From Tubiluchus corallicola (lineage: Eukaryota > Animalia > Priapulida), in NCBI GenBank assembly GCA_030141605.1, contig JAQGDQ010001082.1, positions 19,289-64,587 of the forward strand: a stretch of DNA of 45,299 nucleotides, in the 5' to 3' direction. The translations under genes were made by a program, and so were the position numbers. Position 1 is the first letter of the stretch, and every line of letters starts with the position of its first letter. Of the stretch, positions 37,500-45,299 are shown one piece after another. The notes beneath the pieces were generated by a model. It ran no database searches. It worked only from the letters and a program-made list of their open reading frames with translations, and was not told the DNA's origin.

Positions 37500-38753
37500 G
37501 CTGAAGTCACGTGAGTCAAGTGTGCTGAACCTGCTGAAGTCACGTGAGTCATGTGTGCTGAACCTGCTGAAGTCATGTGAGTCATGTGTGCTGAACCTGC
37601 TGAAGTCACGTGAGTCAAGTGTGCTGAACCTGCTAAAGTCACGTGAGTCATGTCTGCTGAACCTGTTGAAGTCACGTGAGTCATGTGTGCTGAACCTGCT
37701 GAAGTCACGTGAGTCATGTGTGCTGAACCTGCTGAAGTCACGTGAGTCATGTGTGCTGAACCTGCTGAAGTCATGTGAGTCATGTGTGCTGAACCTGCTG
37801 AAGTCACGTGACTCATGTGTGCTGAACCTGCTTAAGTCACGTGAGTCAAGTGTGCTGAACCTGCTGAAGTCATGTGAGTCAAGTGTGCTGAACTTGCTGA
37901 AGTCACATATGTCAAGTGTGCTGAACCTGCTGAAGTCACGTGAGTCATGTGTGCTGAGCCTGCTGAAGTCACGTGAGTCATGTGTGTTGAATCTGCTAAA
38001 GTCACGTGAGTCAAGTGTGCTGAACCTGCTGAAGTCACGTGAGTCATGTGTGCTGAACCTGCTGAAGTCACGTGAGTCATGTGTGCTGAACCTGCTGAAG
38101 TCACGTGAGTCATGTCTGCTGAACCTGCTGAAGTCACGTGAGTCAAGTGTGCTGAACCTGCTGAAGTCACGTGAGTCATGTGAGCTGAACCTGCTGAAGT
38201 CACGTGAGTCATGTGAGCTGAACCTGCTGAAGTCACGTTAGTCATGTCTGCTGAACCTGCTGAAGTCACGTGAGTCATGTGTGCTGAACCTGCTTAAGTC
38301 ACGTATGTCATGTCTGCTGAACCTGCTGAAGTCACGTGAGTCAAGTGTGCTGAACCTGCTTAAGTCACGTATGTCATGTGTGCTGAACCTGCTGGAGTCA
38401 CGTGAGTCATGTGTGCTGAACCTGCTGAAGTCACGTGAGTCATGTCTGCTGAACCTGCTGAAGTCACGTGAGTCATGTGTGCTGAACCTGCTTAAGTCAC
38501 GTATGTCAAGTGTGCTGAACCTGCTGAAGTCACGTGAGTCAAGTGTGCTGAACCTGCTGAAGTCACGTGATTCATGTGTGCTGAACCTGTTGAAATCACG
38601 TGAGTCATGTGTGCTGAACCTGCTGAAGTCACGTGAGTCATGTCTGCTGAACCTGCTGAAGTCACGTGAGTCAAGTGTGCTGAACCTGCTAAAGTCACGT
38701 GAGTCATGTCTGCTGAACCTGCTAAAGTCACGTGAGTCATGTCTGCTGAACCT
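37500..38753 (+). repeat. 33-bp minisatellite, 38 units (gctgaagtcacgtgagtcatgtgtgctgaacct)
   Basis: 1254 bp = 38 x 33. The unit is homologous to 35813-35845 of the intact BTB gene. Confidence 0.97.
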
Positions 38754-38976
38754 GCTGAAAAAATTAACAGTTTAGAAATAAGAGAACGTGAATTTCTTAT
38801 ATCAGAAAAGATTGTAGTCATTGTTAATGCTGATAAGCTTGTCCATTCGCCCTTTCAGATGTAATGATAATTTGTGCTTCAATACTGGAGATAAACGTGC
38901 TACAGACTGTTGCTTGAATTTACGAGTTGGTCCCTCTTCTACTTCTAGTTTTCGTAGCGTGTGTAAGAACAGTTTA

Positions 38977-39770
38977 ATCAAATCAAATCAAATCAGATCA
39001 ATCTATTTATTTCACTCCAGCAATACATCAACATACAATATTATTGAAACAAAAAGAAACAGTATAGGTAAAAAACGTTGATGAAGTCAAATTAACCAAG
39101 TAAATGTGTATGACACCTAGAAATGAGTGAATGAAAGAATGGTTAGGGTCAGAAGAAATGATGGAATGGAAAAAATAGGAAGATTAGGTATAGGAAGAAG
39201 GAAGGGAAGGAAGGATGAGTGAATGAAGGAATAGTTAGGGTCAGAAGAAATGATGGAATGGAAAAAACAGTAAGATTAGAGATAGGAAGAACGAAGGGAG
39301 GGGAGGATGAGTGAACAAAAATATGGTTAGAGTCAGAAGAAATGATGGAATGGAAAAAATAGTAAGATTAGGGATAGGAAGAAGGAAGGGAAGGAAGGAT
39401 GAGTGAATGAAAGAATGGTTAGGGTCAGAAGAAATGATGGAATGGAAAAAATAGTAAGATTAGGGATAGGAAGAAGGAAGGGAAGGAAGGATGAGTGTAT
39501 GAAAGAATGGTTAGGGTCAGAAGAAATGATAGAATGGAAAAAATAGTATGATTAGAGATAGGAAGAAGGAAAAGAGGAGAAGAAACGACCACAGTGTATG
39601 TTTAATTTACATAGAGGTATATTAAAATAGCATTATAATTGATTGGAGGCCATATATTGCGACTGCATGAGACATAGAAGCATTAAAATTATAATATATC
39701 ATAAGTATGAATCAAAAATGGTTTTTTTCAAGTACTTTTTGAAACTATAAATGGTTTTGTGTATTTTTAA
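38977..39770 (-). mobile_element. 5'-truncated LINE (CR1/L2-like) inserted antisense in the pseudogene
   Basis: The minus strand encodes an ORF2-like end LKIHKTIYSFKKYLKKTIFDSYL*, then a 3'UTR, AATAAA and an (ATTTG)n tail. The flanks taagaacagtt / taagaagtt resemble a degenerate TSD, and pseudogene alignment resumes on both sides. Confidence 0.75.
39122..39575. repeat. Purine-rich ~92-bp tandem repeat, about 5 copies, inside the LINE 3'UTR
   Basis: Recurring unit gatgagtgaatgaaagaatggttagggtcagaagaaatgatggaatgg... Confidence 0.9.
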
Positions 39771-40431
39771 GAAGTTGTATTGAAGTGATTACCAATAATG
39801 CATAAAGGTCTTTCAGAGCTTTTCTAGATGATGATATTTGAAGATGATGAAGGGATGTGCTGGTTTCAGAACGATATCGCGCAGTTTAACACATTTCTGC
39901 ACTTTCTTTCTGATTTATTTGTAGGGAATTTCGTCAAGTATCTCGTTGGTCACGTGACCACGGGCACTCACCTGTGCAGATCTGTTTCTACCTGGGCAAG
40001 TGAGTTAGTTGGTAGACGTTAACAGGCTTCTTTAAAAGTACTTTTTCACAGTATGATAGTGGCATAATTTGTCAGATATACTGGTCCATACTTTATGGAG
40101 ACATACGATGTAAGTAAATACATCATTTTGTATTATTTTGAATCATTATGAACTGATCACTTTGAACATTTTAGTTTAATGAATGACAATCTTATAAATT
40201 CGATAGAACGTTGTATAAATCAGTAAATTACCAAATTAGGTTTATTTAATGCGTGATTTTGTGTTTAGTAAAGTCAAATTTGTAAAATGGCTTTTTATAT
40301 TTTTTTTAATAGAAATGACGTATAAAACAATACAATATTTTGTTGGAATATGGCAGCCATTGATTGTAGTACACAGGATGGCGAAAAAATTGCTAAAAAG
40401 TTCTGCAAATGCTTGGAAAATGAACCGAAAG

Positions 40432-40796
40432 TGTTGTGGAGATCGCTGGCATCTATTAGAATTAAATAGAACATTGTAGAATGTTTCATTGGAAAAATCG
40501 TCTTACCGTGTAGAATGTTCTAGAAGGACTCGTCTAGAATGTTCCCTGGCACCCTATATAAAGCGAAGCAGGCCGCTGAGACACATGGATTCACACGGAC
40601 GCCACTTACACATTCTCTTGTATACTTACATTTTCAGATAGACTCAAATGTTTTTCAGATATTCACGTTTAATGTTATCAATTTGTGTTCCTTCATACTT
40701 TTGTGTTGTAGCATTCTCGCTTAATAAACTAGTTTAATTTGATGAAGTGTTTTCCGGTTTTCTCTACGAGCCTTCCGAGAGAAACAAAGCACAACA
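40432..40796 (+). mobile_element. Solo LTR of an LTR retrotransposon, 365 bp
   Basis: Termini TGTTGTG...CACAACA form a perfect 7-bp inverted repeat. A perfect 5-bp TSD GAAAG lies at 40427-40431 and 40797-40801. Internal TATATAAA at 40555 and AATAAA at 40723. Confidence 0.85.
40468..40562 (+). promoter_or_regulatory. Heat-shock elements plus TATA box in the LTR U3 region
   Basis: Perfect three-unit HSE aGAAtgTTCtaGAAg at 40512-40526. Imperfect HSEs at 40468-40487 and 40531-40545. TATA at 40555. Confidence 0.7.
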
Positions 40797-41329
40797 GAAA
40801 GAAAAGCAGACCTACCATCCGTGTGGTAGCCTAATTTTTACACTTCATTACTAATTAACCTTGCTCTGTGAGTTACATTGTAAAACTTAGTTAACAGTGT
40901 AATAATGTAAATATGATGAACATAGCAAGACAAAGTTTTAAATTTATAACAACAACAAATTTCGTTTCTTTCTATTCTTTTCTTATTTATTATTGATAAA
41001 AAGTTGAGCCTCTAAAGTGTTTTGCATTAAGCTAATTGTCAAAAAGTGAAAGTGTCTGTATCTGGCACTAGATGGCGCTAGCGACACAACGTGATATCGC
41101 AGAACTATGCAGAACAGTGTAAACGTAGAACCATATCTTACAGAACAACATAATTATCTAACTAAATAAACAAAAAACTTGGAAACAGAAAATAAATAAC
41201 AACAAATACAAAAACAACAACTTGCTATGGCAAAATCTTAATACTCTAAGTTCTTTCTCCCTTTTGCTTTTTTATCACTCTTTCTTTGTTTGCTGTTTAT
41301 TTGCGTTTAGTATAACCAGACACATCCCA

Positions 41330-43380
<2,051 letters not shown>

Positions 43381-43583
43381 GAGGAGAAACGTAGCATTGG
43401 CGGCGCGAAAAGCAATAACATTATCATCATCAATACCATTATGATCGTCAAATCATCATCAATCATCGCTGTCAGCTGTTTTGCACTTTACGCTTTACAT
43501 TTACGTTTATTTATTTTTTTGCATTTTACAACGACCTGCTTAACGCGTATGCTGCGTTTTGTATCTTGTTAATGCATTTGTTG

Positions 43584-43834
<251 letters not shown>

Positions 43835-44517
43835 AAAAGGGGCCAAAAGTATCGTTAATAAGTCAAACATCGTTATGACATGATAAAAAATTATTACGTG
43901 AACGACAAAAGGAAAACGACAACAAAAACCCGGCGAAAAAGGCCTCTTTATAGAGTTGTTTCACAAGCAAATAAACCAGAAACATGGAGTAAACGGCACT
44001 GAAATGTAAACGTCGTACTTATTTTTACAGGATAACATTGCATAGCACTTTTATTTTAAATACATCCAAACTTTGTTATAACGACCACCCCCCCTCTCTG
44101 TAGTGCCAACCTCGTCTAATGACTAAATTTTTAGCAAGACAAAATGTCTTTTTAATGTTGTGAGGTCACGATATAATTATTATGTTTTAAATTTGAAAAA
44201 AACGAAAAAAACGGTTCATGGCAACAGTAAATGGTGTTCTAATTGAAAGATTTAATGAAATTGTTAGAAGTACGTCATACGAAACGCAACATGCTAGCTA
44301 TGTCTGGCTTGGAAATCTAGATTTGTACGTTTTGCATGCGAGTAACCTATGCTTCGCATTCTGCACTAGTTGAATATCACAGCAGGTACGAAAAAAAGAA
44401 TTTAACAAATAATCATTGGATGTCTGCTGTTCAACGTCACTTCCGGCTCTCAATCAGGAACTACGTCATTGCACTTAATGCTTTAATTAGTTCAATTCTA
44501 TCCCCTACTTGCATTAA

Positions 44518-45041
44518 AGGAAAACTGGACGATTGTGTAAACACGAGTTCAGAATAAAGAATGATCTAAAATATTTAAAACTACAATAACTTATTTTAAA
44601 TCAAAGCTCAGATAGTCAAATTTTGTAAAACTTTCAAAGCTACGCGCGGCTCAGCGAATCTACTAAGACTGGCAGCGGCGCCTGTTTGTCACGTGCGCGT
44701 GGCTGACAAATAGAAGGCGGTACCGTGATAAACATGATAATGAACTGTCGTGTTAGTTTCTGACGTCATATGATGTAAAGCCCATTTTTGTGACATCACG
44801 CGTTTAAGTAGTACATTAACACTTACGCAAACGTGCTTGCCGCGCAAGGGAAGATGCCTGCCATTGCACAAACTGTGGTTAGTTTGTGACGTAAGCAATA
44901 GCTGTGTTCGGTTGCCGTTAATTAACTTTCTAAGCTAATTATTCAAATATAGAATTGTTAACTTTTATATAGGCAAGAAAATGTATATTTTGGACAATAA
45001 ATTAAAATGAGATTGAGTCTAAACAATCGTCCGGTCTTCCT
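44518..45041 (-). mobile_element. Family A MITE, full copy in reverse orientation
   Basis: TTAA at 44514-44517 and 45042-45045. Reverse-complement match to 25393-25926. Confidence 0.88.
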
Positions 45042-45054
45042 TTAACTACAAAAC

Positions 45055-45299
45055 AGTTCATGATCATGCTTATCACGGTACCGCCTTCCATTTGTCGGCC
45101 ACGCGCACGTGACAAAAAGGCGCCGCCGCCAATCTTAGTAGATTCACTGAGCCGCGCGTAGCTTTGAAAGTTTAACGAAATTTGAGTATCCGAGGTAATT
45201 ATTATTTAATCTAAGCTTTGATTTAAAATAAGCTATTGTAGTTTTCAATATTTTAGATCATTCTTTATTCTGAACTAATGTCTATACAATCGTCCGGTT
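45055..45299 (+). mobile_element. Family A MITE, 3' half copy running to the window end
   Basis: Matches about 25685-25922 and ends in the TIR acaatcgtccggtt. Confidence 0.85.

Larger units (their letters stand above)
37281..39893 (+). pseudogene. Second, more diverged BTB-gene paralog fragment (end of BACK plus C-terminal domain), interrupted by a minisatellite and a LINE
   Basis: 37281-37500, 38754-38976 and 39770-39893 align in order to about 35632-36187 (e.g. LLNDKEQLNVFI, CWFQNDIAQF). Stops and frameshifts are present. Confidence 0.85.

Overview
AT-rich, repeat-dense genomic DNA from an animal, most likely a protostome invertebrate; it is not prokaryotic. The minus strand carries the 5' part of an NR2E3/PNR (insect Hr51/unfulfilled-type) nuclear receptor gene. 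Four phase-compatible exons can be read (22433-22370, 13568-13271, 11480-11377, 4115-3906), and the ligand-binding-domain exons lie beyond the left edge. The plus strand carries an intronless 434-aa BTB-BACK gene (34958-36262) whose C-terminus looks MATH-like rather than PHR or Kelch. It is followed by decayed tandem paralog fragments. One 11-codon segment of these has expanded into a 38 x 33-bp minisatellite whose consensus unit holds AAGTCA, an E-box and an AP-1 site, and an antisense LINE has inserted further on. A 365-bp solo LTR with a 5-bp target-site duplication carries heat-shock elements and a TATA box. The remainder is TTAA-flanked MITEs (Kolobok-like), a Tigger/pogo deletion derivative, LINE remnants and many mini- and microsatellites. 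Most long ORFs in the supplied track are repeat artefacts. All calls were made by eye with no database searches.
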